The translations under genes and the position numbers were made by a program. The notes under the pieces were generated by a model that saw nothing but the letters and a program-made list of their open reading frames with translations, ran no database searches and had not been told where the DNA came from. A stretch of DNA of 64,000 nucleotides from Eledone cirrhosa (taxonomy: Eukaryota): assembly GCA_964016885.1 (NCBI GenBank), contig OZ024741.1, forward strand, positions 66,278,001 through 66,342,000, in the 5' to 3' direction. Every line of letters starts with the position of its first letter. Positions within the stretch are counted from its first letter, which is position 1. Positions 13,801 to 26,090 of this stretch are shown here, one piece after another.

Positions 13801-16800
13801 ATGCCATTGTTTACTAGGAGCATGCCAGCATCATTTATAATGATATTCAAACATGCTGGCATTTACTCTGACATGTACTCAAGCACGCACGGGTAATTAG
13901 ATACTTAGAAATATAAATCATCGTTATCATCATTCACCGTTTGTTTTACTGCTAGCCAGGGTGGGACAGGTTGCCAGAAATGAAGGCTTTGTAGAAGCAG
14001 AGCTACTGATCTTTCAGTGGTGGTGGTCTCAGGGGAGTTTGGTCTCAACCCTTCCATATTTCTAATGAGTCAACTCACAGTTCTTGGGACTTTTAGGTGT
14101 ATTGAGTCGCCAAAATATGTAGGGTAAGATAACATAGTTGAGTAAAGTGGTTCTACACTAATGGGGAATTGGCTCTAGTTCAACAAAGAAAATATATAGA
14201 GTTGGTGGAAATACATTGAAATAAAAGGTGGAGAGTGAAGTTGTGAGCTGCTTGAGGGCCAGTCATAAGTAACCAGGCAGTCAATGCATTTTTATTGCAA
14301 GGTTCACAGTGTATTATGGAACAGGGTCAGCTTTATGAACACTTTAATTATATTTTTTCAACTATTTTTGTTTCTTACTGTATGGTCAGAATTTTAGTAA
14401 ATATTATCAGTTGGAATTATAGATATTGGACTGTCCGGTTACTTATGACTCAACTCACTCTGTATTAAAGTTGTGTTAATTAACTAACCTCATCCCCAAA
14501 TTTCTCGTCTTGTGTCTGTTAAAATATATAAAGAATTTTAAAAAATTTTTTTTTAGAAAATTTCGAAGAGTTCTTCCCTTACCATCAGAAGCTTGGATAG
14601 AAATGTCTGGTAATCATTTCTGTCATCAACATGAACCAACTGGTTCTTCAAAAAAGTCTAAAACCAGTTCAGTCACTAGTACCAGTCTGTCACCAAAACC
14701 TGGTGACTGTCTGGTCAGTGATTTGTACTTCCTGGTAAATTCCACTGATCTCAGTCCCACAGCAATCATCAAAAAGGCAGATTCCACTCAAGTGGTGTGT
14801 AGACGGTGTCGAACAGAGCTCGGTACTTGTTTACCATCTAGTGGAGTTGGTGAGTAAAGTTTTGGAAGTTTAGATTTCTTTCTATTAATCTTTCTACTGA
14901 AAATACTAATGTAAATGTTGAATTTTTAGAAAATTATTTATGTTTAAATTAAATTTATGGGGTCAACTCTTTACATGAATACTCCTTTCAATGGGCTGAA
15001 ATTCACACTACTGTACAAAATACCCTTTAGCATTTACATTACTCTATATTTACTATTGTATGTTCATGGTAAAGGCTTTTCCTCACATTATTATCTCACA
15101 TAATATCGAATCTGGTGAGATTTTGATATTATTTATTTTGAGAACAATACCTTAACATCAGTATGAGTGGTCAGTTACTGCCAGTTTGAACAGAAAGAGG
15201 TGAGAGAATTCTCGCCATATATGGCTGGTTTAAATGCTAAAGGATTAAATGAATAAAAAACAAAACCTGTGAATTACAATAATAACAATACTGATGTCTC
15301 TACATATCAAAACACAATCCCTGCTACCAAAACATAAATATGGCCACATAGCTCTTAAGTAGCATAGAAAAAATGTTTTTCTCAAGCTCTGGGGTCAATA
15401 TAATGGACTTCTCCAAAAAACAAAATGCTAGCTTTGTGCTTAAATTAGAAACCAGAATGGTTAGCCCTAATTTTTTTTTAATATTTTTATATCATATCTT
15501 GTGTTAATTATTGTGTTATAATAATTTCATATTTATTTCATATTTTATCAAACTAATCTGTCTATTGTATGACTTCCTTGACCCTATTCTTGTTTATATA
15601 CAACTTTGTCCAGCTCCACATGTATTGTAGCTCTTATGTTTATAATATTTACTGTAGTTCTATGTACAAGACATTATTGTTATTGTAATTATTATGAGGG
15701 CTGTGTTATTGGTAGAGCATCGGACAGCAGTGGATTGGCAGAATCGTTAGAGCATCAGTCAAAATGCTTTGCAGCATTTAGTTACAGCTCTCTTTGTTCT
15801 GAGTTCAAATCTTGCCTGGGTCAATTTTGTCTGTCATCCTTCTGAGATCAATAAAAATAAAGTACCAGTCAAGTAATGGGGTTAATATAATAAATTTGTT
15901 CATGTCACCATAAATTGCTGGTTTTTTGCCTGAATTAAAAACCAATATTATTATTTTTACAACAGTCTCCCAACAGAATGATGCCGGTAAATTTGTTTGC
16001 AAGATATATTCCTACACCATCAATATGACAAATCTAATCAACTCTGTCTGTGAACCAATTGGTGTTATAAACAGGTAAGTTCATGTTCTACTATGCTTTT
16101 GCTGGTTGGCTATCTTATGATACTACCTTCAAGTTTTTTTTATTTTAAATGGATTATACCAACCCCTATTTCACTTAGTCTATGGAGATGTGTATACATG
16201 ATGGAGTTCCATATAGTTTCCTGTCATAATTTTATATCCACTCTTCCGTGGGTTAGAATGTGCTGGTCATAGTGGCAAATTTTCTCTGGTTGGATGCCTA
16301 TCCTATCACTTACATCCACCTTACAGCTTGGACAGCATTATTTGTGTCACCAGCACCAGAAAGGTTGTCGGTATCAGTTTTTATTCAGTGACTGTATTCT
16401 TAGATGGGTTACCTTCACTACAGCTAACAGAGCCCATTTCTGGCCTGTTCTTGTATCAGATTTTAATCACTGTTCTTAACTGCTGCACTGTCAATATTAT
16501 ATGTAGCTATGAACAGCCCTGAAATGGTGAATATATTTTACTGAATATACAAGTTTCACAGGCTACTCTTTCTAACTCTCAAGGCTTTAGAAGGTAGAAT
16601 TTTTTGTTCTAGTGATTATTTATATTATCTGTAAATCCTTATATCTAACAGTTCCATGGCACCAAACAGGTAAGCATTCAAGACCATAGAGTCACCTCAC
16701 TGCTTCAAAAGTAATTTAACCTGAATGACAAAACTTCTCCCTGTTACTTCTATTATAACATTAGTATTAAGATATTGCTATAACACTCTTGACAATGAGA

Positions 16801-19800
16801 GAACCTCTGTCATCTCTTGACCTCTTAGAAATAGCAGTCAAATCTCCCTCAAATTGCTGCATGCTATCTTCGGATGGTCATGGCTGGAACATCTTTAATT
16901 ATAGGGTGCTGATCTAAGGTTAATCAACAGCAATCTTTCTGTTGTGTATCCCCCAAAATGTCCCCTGCTCTTCCTCTCATCAACTCCATTGACCCATCTG
17001 TAAACACTTCACCCAATCCCTATCTCTAGAACTACAACACTTTGGAATGTTCATGTCTGTGTTTGTTCTATAGTGAGGTCAGCCAATCCATTGATATACA
17101 CTGACCATAACTTTGTTGGGCCCAAGAAAATGTTGTGATTTTTGTTTAACCTCAAGTCAGCTTCATCGAGCAGAACTATGATGAAAGACATTGATGCTCC
17201 GGTAATTACATTTTCTTTTCAGGAATTACCTATTCCAAACTACATTATGCCTTCTTTGTAAGGTAGTAGAGTGAAGTCTTAGGGAGATTTGGTTGCTATT
17301 ACTAATAGATAGTTGGCATGACAAAAAATGCATTTTATGTGTCTATGTTATCATTTACACAAGCATTTACTAGTGCATGTAGCTTGTAAGTATAATTAAC
17401 CTTCACAGACACAAACATATAGCTACAACTACCAATTGCCTTGAGTGCAAAAAAATCTACACCAAACCAATACCATCTACAAACTCAAGCAAAAGTAATC
17501 CATAAACCTACATTCAGCACCACTCACCAAACACTAACTGCACAAAACATAAAGTAAAAAAATCGACCCTACCATCATAACCAACCTGCACCAGTTACTG
17601 GTATGGAGCGATGGACATCGCCGGGCTGCAGCTGCTTTATTACATAGTTTCTATGTTACTCTAATGCCCAACAATCAAGCTTCAAAGCTTCAACCATTTC
17701 GATAGCAAAGATTTGCTACTGAAACAGTTTAAGCTTGATTATGGAAGGGTGAAGTGTCAAGATGTGGGAGGTGGATGGAAGTGGGGTGCAGAAGTAGTGC
17801 ATACTGGAGATCACTAGATGTTTTCTTCATCCCATGCACATAAGAAGGTGGGTCTTCTGCATAACACCAAAGATCTCGATCCTGTGTCATCACCTTATAG
17901 AGATGCAATTGAGCAAGGTCAACTTTTATCACCTCATCCCAAGCTTTCCTAGTTCTTCTTATTCCATAGCTTCCATCACCTTTGAGCGCTCTGCACCTTT
18001 CTATACAGCTGTCATCCTACATATGCGTCTCATGTCCATACCACAGCAATCTTCTCTCCTGCACACTGCATCTGATGCTTCTTATGCCTAGTTTCTTTCT
18101 CAATTAATTTTTGCTTTGCCATTCATGAATATTACTATTACACATCCATCGGAGCATACAAGCTTAATTTCTTTCCAATTTTTGTAGGTCCTCTGCTCAC
18201 AGCAGCCAGGTCTCACTACCATGCAGCATTGCTGTTCATATACAAGCATCATACAATCTGCTCTTTGTTTTGAGGGAAAACCTTTTTGTAGCTAACACGG
18301 TAGTAGTTCCCAGAACTTTCTCCATCCTGTTCTCACTTTGGGTACTGTACTTTCGGAACACCAACCTCCACTGTTAATTTGGTCACCTAGGTAACAGAAG
18401 CTGCCAACTGCTTCTATGAAACCTTCAAAGAATTTGAAAGAGCTTGTTTCCTGTGAACATTTGCTGCTTACTGCCACTGTTCTTTGCTAGCCTGCTTGAG
18501 ATCCCCCTATGTCTCTTGTGTACCCATAGTTTGTGTTTGGGACAGTGGATGCAATTTCTACCCACACTTTCCTACATACTGAGCAGGGCCATTTCCCTGG
18601 CGGGATCAGGGCCTTCTTTTCCTTTCTACTTACTATGACTTCATCTTTACCAAGTTGACTTTAAGACATTTTGATTCCAAGTTATGCTTCCCGGTCAGGA
18701 ACTTTTTCTCTAGTTCTGCCTTAGATTCAGGTATGAGAGTTAGATCATCAGCATCCAGGAGTTCCCAAGGCCATCATGTTTTAAACTCTTCTTTTATAGC
18801 CTGCAGTATGATAATAAACAGGAGAGGGCTTAATATGGAGCTCTGGTGGACCCTAATTTGCACACTAAACTCCTCACTGTAGTCTTTATTAATTTGTTAT
18901 ATAAAAAAAAAGCTGTTTTTATTATCCATTATTTTTTCCAGATTTATCTGTGCCATACTGTATATATGCATGTGTCATCATCGTTTAACGTCTATCTTCC
19001 ATGCTACCATGAGTTTAGACGGGAATTGTCCCACTTAAGGCAAGATTGGTTGTCTTGCTCTCATAGGACTGTCTGGCAGGTTTTCTACGGCTGGATGCCC
19101 TTCCTAACATCAACCACGTTTACAGTGTGGACTGGGAGGTTTTTACCGTGTTACCTACACGGCCACATTACAGCGTGGACTGTGTTTTTTTTGTCGTGAC
19201 ACCTACACGACCTCATTTATTTAGGTCTGCATGTTGTGGTACCAACATAACTTTATAGAGATGGGGGTAGGAGTAGTCAGATGGGGGTTGATTTTTGGTT
19301 AAGAGGTGCCTACTGACTAGGTTTCGCTTTCTACTGAGGCAAGGCGGGTCTTCTGTATTACTGCGTAGCGCCAAAGATCTTGGTCCAGTGACATTGTCTT
19401 GGAGAGGTGTAAGTGTGTAAGGTCGGAATTTATATAATCGTCCCAGGTTTTTCTGGGTCTGCCTACTCCTTAACTTCCATCAATTTTGATCGCCCTGCAC
19501 TTTTTTATACAGCTGTCGTCTTTCATGCGCATCACGTGACCATACCAACGTGGTCTTCTCTCGAGTAAACAGCATCTGATCCCTCTTATTCCTAATTTCT
19601 CACTTAGTTCATTTATGCTTTGCTGTTCACATATATTACTATTACACGTCCAACAGAGCATGCTAGCTTCGTTCCTCTCCAGTCTGTGCAGATCCTCTGC
19701 ACACAATGCCCATGTCTCACTGCCATGTAACATTGCTGTTCGTATGCAGGCATGAGAAACCTTTAGCGGCCAATAGTGGTATAAGCTCTCTGAACTTTTT

Positions 19801-22516
19801 CCATCCCGTTCTGACTCTGACTACTGCACTTTCAGAGCACCCTCTACCACTGCTTGATTTTGTCACTCAGGTAACGGAAGGTGTCCACTATTTCTATAGA
19901 ACCATCTGGGCAATGGAAGGAGCTAGTATCCTGTGGGCACTTGCTACTTATTGCGCCTGAGCACCGGCCACATATAAAATCTATGTTCTTAGTCAGCTTA
20001 CCTGTGATCCCACTACATCTTTTATGCACCCATACTTTGCATTTGGGACATAAAATGGAGTTTCTACCTACTCCTTTCCTACACACTGAGCATGGCCATT
20101 TTCCAGAGGGGACCCGTGCCTTATTTTCCTTCCTACATACTAGAACTTTAGTCTTAGACAAGTTAATTTTAAGGCCTTTTGATTCTAGGCTATGCTTCCA
20201 TGTTTGGAATTTCTTCTCTAGTTCAGCCATCGATTCAGCTATGAGCGTTAGATCATCTGCATATAGAAGTTCCCATGGGCAGCCTGTCTTGAACTCTTCT
20301 GTTATAGCCTGAAGGGCAATAATAAATAGGGGGCTAAGGACAGAGCCCTGATGAACGCCAACTTTTACGCTAAATTCTTCACTATATTCGTTGTTAATTC
20401 TAACCTTGCTGACTGTTTCTTTATACATGGCTTGTATAGCTCTAACAAGCCATTCATTAACACCTAGTTTTCTAGGAGCCCACCAGATAATGGAGCGGAG
20501 GACTCTGTCAAAGGCTTTCTCCAAGTCAACAAAAGTTAAGTATAGGGGTATATGTATGTATAATGTGTGTATGTGTGTGTGTTTCTAATGCATACATTAA
20601 ATATTATTCTACTTTTAGATGGACTTTCACTGAAGAGTCATATCTAGTCAGTTACCTCATGGAACAAAGTCGAACTTACACCAGTTTCAAATTCATCATT
20701 GAATCTTCAAAATCCAACAACCAACCTGCTATCACATGCTTGGTATGCTATAATTTTGTTCTTTGCTTTCATAAAACCTGACATTATTATTATTACTATT
20801 AAGGTAGTGGATTGGCAGAATCGGTAGAGCGTCAGACCAAATGCTAGAATTTGGCATAGAAATTTGGCCCTTTTCGTTCTGATTTCAAATCCTGTCGAGG
20901 TTAGCTTTGCCTTTCATCCTTACGGGGGGGGGGGGGGGGGGGTCAATAAAATAAAGTACCAGTGAGCACTGTGTCGATTTAATTGACTTTCACCCTCCCT
21001 TTCAAATTGCTGGCTTTGTCCCTATAGTAGAAACAATTATTATTCCATGTTTGCTCAGTTCTTTGATTGGTGATATATTGGTGATAATCAAGTCAAATGA
21101 CCTTACCTTTAAAGCACTTTGCATAGAATGTTCGCAGTGTCCAACAAAATTAATTTTTGCAGAGTAGTTGTATTTGGTGATATGTCATTTTCCTTCAAAT
21201 AACTTTCAAAAATTTTAGTGACTGATCCTAATGCTCCTATCACTATTGGTATTATTATTACGGACAGTGCCCCAAACTGCCCATTTTAAAATGCTCATCT
21301 TTGCACTAAAACTTTCCATCATAATTTTATCTCAGAATATTTTATGTTATAAATACCACCGGACTTGCAACATTTGATAAATCCGTCCATTTTTTTTTTT
21401 TAAAGCATTATCAGTATATCTTATCAGAAATGTAATAAAAGCGTTAACTCTTAACATTCAGGCAATTTAGGGCAAGCAACAAGAATTAGATTGCTTACCC
21501 AGAGGACTGTAACACAATGTCTGAAGTGTAATCTGAACTTAGAACCATGCATTCAACAGTCAATTATGCCTTTCAGTATATATATTAAAACAGCATAATT
21601 CTTCCTTCCAGGTGTGGCTATTGGATATTACTCAGGTGTATGAACTTAATGATATTCCAACTGCAGCTGAACATAAGCATGTTCATGAGCTGTCCTTGGA
21701 ACCAGAAGTCAGACAGAAAATTCTCTATCAAGCTGAAATAGATAGTGTTTCCAAGTCTTCCAGTAAAGAGAGGTAAAGAACTGTCTTTCCGTTTTTCCCT
21801 TATTTTTTTTCTTTCTGGTTATCTTCTAATTTAACTGTTAACCCTTTCATTATCAAACTTCTAATGAAAAACATTACCTATGATATTTAAATAATTTTGA
21901 AAATAATCAAGAATTTGGAGGGATTTAGTAATATAACTATCTTTCTCATAAAAACAAGATGGTGTAGGACAGAACAATGGAGAGACACTAAATAACAAAT
22001 TAGCCACTGAGGAGGTCACATAATGTGTGATGAAAGAGCTTCAACAATAAACAAATCAATAACTAGCTGGTTATTAAACTAACCGACTGGGAGTTTATAA
22101 TAAATTGAAGTGAAAACGAACATGTGTGTGTGTGTGTTTTTATTGGCAGCATGATCCTCCCAAAGTATAACAATATTTGTTTCAACACATGTTTTCAGAT
22201 AAGAAATCTTGCAAAACAAATACAAAAACAAAGTATATATATCACCATTTCCTTAACATGTTCAGCATCACCAACATTTTACACCAATACAAATTCCCTC
22301 CTTTGATAAAGCATAAAATGCTGAAACCGGTAATAGACCATTATTAAATATTTAAATAAATAAATAAATGCCATTGTTAATTAATAAATAAAATGACTAA
22401 TACCTTAACACTTCACACAAAGTAAAATATTTTGTTTTAAACATTTTCTAACCAAGAAAAAAGAAAAAAGGAAAACAAAATATTTTTCTTCCTAATAATC
22501 GTCTTTTTCTCCCTAT

Positions 22517-22566
<50 letters not shown>

Positions 22567-22599
22567 CAACTCGTCTGCTCCTTCTCCACATTTTATTAT

Positions 22600-22637
<38 letters not shown>

Positions 22638-25600
22638 TATGAATTATTGACGTTAAAACGTCCATTGTAGTGCAGAAATGATTGGAAATAGAAATATTTC
22701 CCAACAAAACCATAGATAGTGACATAACTCAATAATGATACATATGTAAAAATGTATAAGGAAATATTTTTTCTAATCGTGCCTTGTATGTTTTTCCTAA
22801 CACATTAACTATATATATATATATATTGTGTATGCGTGTGTTCTGGTTAGATCTGACTGCACCTTTGGCATTTGTCTTCTAAAATAGCCTAGTGTTGGCC
22901 AATGCCTTGTGAGTGAAATAGGTAGACAGGAAATGTGTGGAAGCCCATTGTGCATATATGTACTTATATATGTGTCTTCACATAGACACTGCCTAGGTAG
23001 TTAGTCGCCTTTGTTTATCATGTATAAACAATATATACCACAGCTCAACAGTTTGAGATGTGAAGTTCACTTGGAACAGGTAATTAAAAAAAAAAGAAGG
23101 TATGGAAAGGTTTAACACCAGGAAGGGCATCTGGTTGTAAACTTTTGCCTCAAAAATTTCCTTCAACTCATACCAGTATGGAAAGGTGGATGTAAAAGTG
23201 ATGACAATGATTATAATATGTTGTTTCACTATTTTATATTGTTAATTTTTTATTTTATTTTATTTTCTCATTTATTATTATTATTTTTTTTTTTATCAGG
23301 AAAATGGCTGAAGAGGTTTTGAAACTCTGGAAATTAGATCATTCTGTTCATATGTTGACCCTTTCATCACAACTGACTGCTACATTGCTACAATATTTAA
23401 TCTGCAGCACCAACTCCTTGCCATTCTCCTGTCGCAAGATTAACGAATTTCATGTAAGAACTGTTCTTTCTTTAATGATTTAGCAGAAAATGTCTAAAAA
23501 CAAGTTTGTTACTTCAAATCATCATTATCATCATTATCACAGTTTAACATCTATTTCCATGCTAGCATGGGTTGACATGTCTGATGACCACATCTTGCTC
23601 ATATGTTCCGTTTTGGGCTTGTTTTTCTAATGCTGGATGCCCTTCCTAATGCCAAATTTTATAGAATTTTCCTAATGTAAATATTTATAGAAATTTTTTT
23701 TTTATTTTTTACAATTTTTTGTAAAAATGTTTGGTATTAGACTAGAGTAAAGACTAATTTTTAATGCAGTTTCAAGTGGAACAGGATGTTAAGAGTTAAA
23801 ACTGCATTGCTAATAATGATGATGAATTCTATGATAAAGATGATAAAGGAAGTATGGTTGATTTGGTCAATAATACAAGGTAGTTAAAATGTCACTCAGG
23901 GGCTAAAAATGTTAACAATTTTGTAATCTCTGAACTGCTTGGTATAACCTAACTACATCATCATCACTGTTTTCATGTCCATTTTTCTATGCTTGCATTA
24001 GTTGTATAGGTCCTTTTCAGCATAACATCTATCCATTCACCACATTCATTTGTCAATTCCTCTGTGAGTCTCAGTGATTTGATTATCAGGTTTTCCTTGG
24101 TTTACCTCTACTGCAACTTCCCACCACTGGGATTTCCTAGTACTTCTTCACCCAGCACATTATCCATGTGCATCACAAATCCGTATCAATGCAGTCTTCT
24201 CTCCTGTACACCACCTCGGATTCCTCTGAAACCCAGCTTCTCCCTCAACTCATCCAAAATCTGCCTTCTCTCACATTTACATTGCATGTCCAATGAAGCA
24301 TGGTTACTTTTTTTTTCTGCAGTCTACACATGTCTTTTGCAGTAACTGCTCATGTTTCACTACCATGGAGCATCACATTTTGCTCTCAGGCATCATACAG
24401 TTGTCCTTTTGTTTGTAGGGAGAAACCTTTTGTCAAATGTGGGAGTAGTTCTCTAAACTTCTTCCATCCTATCCTTATTCTAGCTATTATGCTCTCAGAG
24501 CACCCTCCCCTGCTACCTTAGTAAAAGTGTGATGACATCTAGATATCCTCAAATATTCTGTTATTGAACCTTTTCCAAAAGCTGCCTCATGTTGCTGCAT
24601 GTTTCCTTCATATTTGTAGCATGTGCAATAAGTACAGAAGGGAACATTCTTTCTATTATGAAGACGCACTGTTTTCAATCTGCCTTCTGAGGAATCAGTG
24701 AACAATGTCTCCATTCTATCTGCTAGGACCACAAGGCAGACCAACTCTTAACCCAGCATTTAAACCAGCCATATCCAGCCAGAATTCTCTCACCTCTTTC
24801 TGTTCAAACTGGCCACTCATACTGATGTTAAGGTATTGTTCTCAAAATAAATAATATCAAAGTCTCATAGATTCGATATTATGTGAGATAAAGCCTTTAC
24901 CACAAAAATATAATAGTATACAGAGAGTAATGTAAATGCTAAAAGGTTAAACAGTGTAGTTGTTATTATTGTTGGTGAGTCGAGTTGTCTGCTTAACCTT
25001 TCTCCCACCATTCATTGTCTAACCTGCACTTTTGTAAAGCAATAGACAACTGATTTGAATTCACCACTCATCCATTTGATGTTCATGAGATCAATGCGTT
25101 AACACTACACTGATGATGATTGAAACATACAGTGAAGACGCATGGCTTTGTGGTTAGGGTATTCGGATCACAATAGCAAGGGCATGAGTTCGATTACCAG
25201 CGGCGTGTTGTGTCCTTGAGCAAAACACTTTATTTCATGTTGCTTCAATCCACTCAACTGGAAAAAATGAGTCATGTTTATAATTCAAAGGGCCAGCCTT
25301 GTCGCATTCTGTGTCACGCTGAATCTTCCTGAGAACAACGTTAAGGGCTTGCATGTCTGTGGAATGCTCAGTCACTTGTTAATTTCACAAGCAGGCTGTT
25401 CCTTGTATCGTATCAACACTTTTTGTACTTGACAGAGTACCAAGATGATGATTGTGGTGATGGTGGTAGCAGCAGTGACAACAAAGGGTGTATATAATTG
25501 AAATAGAAATAGAAGCTTTGCCATAACATTGAGTAAATAATATAGTCTAATAATGGGGCATATAAACCCACTGAACAGAAAAGATGGGTATCAACACGTT

Positions 25601-25787
25601 CTTCATTTGTTTATAAAGGGTGTATGGTTAATTTGCTAAGTAAAACCAAAAAAATCACCCAGGAACTAAAAATGTTAGCAATTATGATATCTCTGAATGG
25701 GTGTCCTCCCCCCCACACACACATGTTGTGTATTGCAATTTTATTCTATTTTATCTTTTTCAGGTTGGTTTCTTGCGTCCGCCCTAA
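3007..25787 (+). CDS. UBE3D: E3 ubiquitin-protein ligase E3D-like (HECT_2 family), 8 coding exons, 454 aa: join(3007-3170,6767-7102,14557-14849,15966-16074,20619-20742,21612-21772,23300-23453,25764-25787)
   Basis: GT-AG introns with matching phases (2,2,1,2,0,2,0) give 1365 nt of open frame. Motifs resemble UBE3D as I recall it: HPASCRGL, CRSCGNVI, RRVLPLPSEAW...HFCH, PGDCLVSDLYFLVN, CRRCRTELG, TSFKFII, VWLLD, WKLDHSVH, NSLPFSCRKINEFHVGFL. Confidence 0.9.
4328..4575 (+). mobile_element. Second SINE family (tRNA head plus TGTGT(C/T)CTTGAGCAA core)
   Basis: Similar to 25136-25445 and to minus-strand copies near 46330-46430 and 49000-49115. Confidence 0.55.
5034..6050 (+). mobile_element. Highly degraded CR1/Jockey-type LINE RT remnant, interrupted by a SINE fragment
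   Basis: KLLAYGLHSSLFFWINCFLSD, YTNDL...DDSTI and YKTQLR...YCPHIW-like peptides with frameshifts. Confidence 0.6.
6767..7102 (+). CDS. UBE3D: UBE3D-like exon 2
   Basis: Polypyrimidine tract plus TAACAG acceptor, AG|GTAAAT donor. Encodes HPASCRGL and CRSCGNVI. Confidence 0.9.
7256..7830 (-). mobile_element. RTE LINE 3' fragment
   Basis: RRLRWYGHVMRM...GRPKKT peptide and a (GAT)n tail on the minus strand. Confidence 0.85.
8040..8255 (-). mobile_element. tRNA-derived SINE copy
   Basis: Same core and B-box as 1876-2347. Confidence 0.8.
8313..8641. repeat. Long inverted repeat (about 145-bp arms, about 35-bp spacer) with a degenerate hammerhead-like motif, in intron 2
   Basis: Arms pair from TATAAAGAATTTGAAGTTTGAAAGCC to GGCTTTCAAACTTCAAATTCTTTATA. 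Motif CTTG GAAGAA GAGAT atta ATCT(T/C) GAAA TATC A(G/A)G at 8501-8535 and on the opposite arm. Confidence 0.85.
9399..9453. repeat. Hairpin with a 19-bp perfect stem
   Basis: TGTTAGAACACGAAAAGTG ... CACTTTTCGTGTTCTAACA. Confidence 0.85.
11230..11412 (+). mobile_element. tRNA-derived SINE copy
   Basis: GGTAGAGCGTCAGAC head, GTTCAAATCC B-box, ATAAAATAAAGTACCAG core. Confidence 0.75.
11963..12919. repeat. 213-bp apparently perfect inverted repeat (11963-12175 / 12707-12919), foldback-like element
   Basis: Arms read as identical by eye, from ACTAGACATGAAAAATGCGC to GCGCATTTTTCATGTCTAGT. Confidence 0.9.
12581..12668. mobile_element. Small hAT-like MITE inside the inverted-repeat spacer
   Basis: TIR CAGGGCTGCGGAG / CTCCGCAGCTCTG. 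Flanks GTATTATA / TTATTATA (7 of 8 match). Confidence 0.7.
13089..13280 (-). mobile_element. tRNA-derived SINE copy
   Basis: Near-identical to the 1876-2075 unit. Confidence 0.85.
14557..14849 (+). CDS. UBE3D: UBE3D-like exon 3
   Basis: TTTTAG acceptor, G|GTGAGT donor. Encodes KFRRVLPLPSEAWIEMSGNHFCH and CRRC. Confidence 0.92.
15023..15244. mobile_element. piggyBac-like MITE
   Basis: TIR CCCTTTAGCATTTA / TAAATGCTAAAGGA followed by TTAA. Same family as 24752-24946 and 45271-45691. Confidence 0.75.
15700..15955 (+). mobile_element. tRNA-derived SINE ending about 10 nt upstream of the exon 4 acceptor
   Basis: GGATTGGCAGAATCG head, GAGTTCAAATC B-box, core and ATT tail. Confidence 0.8.
15966..16074 (+). 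CDS. UBE3D: UBE3D-like exon 4
   Basis: ACAACAG acceptor, AG|GTAAGT donor. Phase 1 in and phase 2 out link exons 3 and 5 without a stop. Confidence 0.8.
17850..18885 (-). mobile_element. Degraded RTE LINE 3' part
   Basis: IEAVGSFCYLGDQINSGG...RTGWRKFWELLP peptide, with frameshifts. Confidence 0.85.
18975..20547 (-). mobile_element. 5'-truncated RTE LINE, same family as 36350-40236
   Basis: EKAFDRV, GVHQGSVLSPL, LLYADDL, PHD-like Cys/His cluster and MLHGSETW. The 3' UTR closely matches the intact copy. Confidence 0.92.
20619..20742 (+). CDS. UBE3D: UBE3D-like exon 5
   Basis: CTTTTAG acceptor, GTATGC donor. Encodes EQSRTYTSFKFIIE. Confidence 0.88.
20803..21043 (+). mobile_element. Full-length tRNA-derived SINE with an expanded poly-G run
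   Basis: Head, B-box, core and ATT tail present. The core GGGG is expanded to about 19 G. Confidence 0.85.
21612..21772 (+). CDS. UBE3D: UBE3D-like exon 6
   Basis: CTTCCTTCCAG acceptor, AG|GTAAAG donor. Encodes VWLLD...KILYQ. Confidence 0.88.
23300..23453 (+). CDS. UBE3D: UBE3D-like exon 7
   Basis: T-tract plus ATCAG acceptor, GTAAGA donor. Encodes LWKLDHSVHMLTL...NSLPFSCRKINEFH. Confidence 0.9.
23955..24520 (-). mobile_element. Degraded RTE LINE 3' fragment
   Basis: Antisense matches RIGWKKFRELLP and the RTE tail. Confidence 0.75.
24752..24946. mobile_element. piggyBac-like MITE, opposite orientation to the 15023 copy
   Basis: TTAA-CCC...GG-TTAA ends and the same internal sequence. Confidence 0.75.
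25136..25445 (+). mobile_element. tRNA-derived SINE (second family)
   Basis: A-box TGGCTTTGTGG, B-box GAGTTCGATTAC, TGTGTCCTTGAGCAAAACACTT core. Confidence 0.7.
25764..25787 (+). CDS. UBE3D: UBE3D-like terminal coding exon (VGFLRPP*)
   Basis: TTTTTCAG acceptor, phase 0. VGFL matches the V(A/G)FL C-terminus of the family. Confidence 0.82.
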   Translation, partial: VGFLRPP

Positions 25788-25968
25788 AATTCGAAGAGAT
25801 TCAGTTCCATAGATTTCTATAAACGGAAGTGATATCATTGTATCTCAAAATATTGCTCTTTTGTATATATATTTACACACACACACACACACACGTATAT
25901 TTATATATATACAAGATGTGCATTAAGCAGCCGAAGTATATGATAATGTTGTATCTGTATATATACAA

Positions 25969-25974
25969 AATAAA
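25969..25974 (+). promoter_or_regulatory. Candidate poly(A) signal of the UBE3D-like gene
   Basis: First AATAAA about 180 nt after the stop codon, followed by GT/T-rich sequence. Confidence 0.45.
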
Positions 25975-26090
25975 GGTAACCGTAACTGCATTAATGTGTA
26001 TATAAGTTTATACATTTTAAAAAATATATATATATATAGTGTTTGTGTGTGCGTCGTGTCAATAAGTTTTTTTTTTTTTTTTTTTTTTTT

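Noticed and set aside
20924-20942. Poly-G as a functional G-quadruplex
   Set aside because: It is an expansion of the SINE GGGG run and may be a homopolymer length error.
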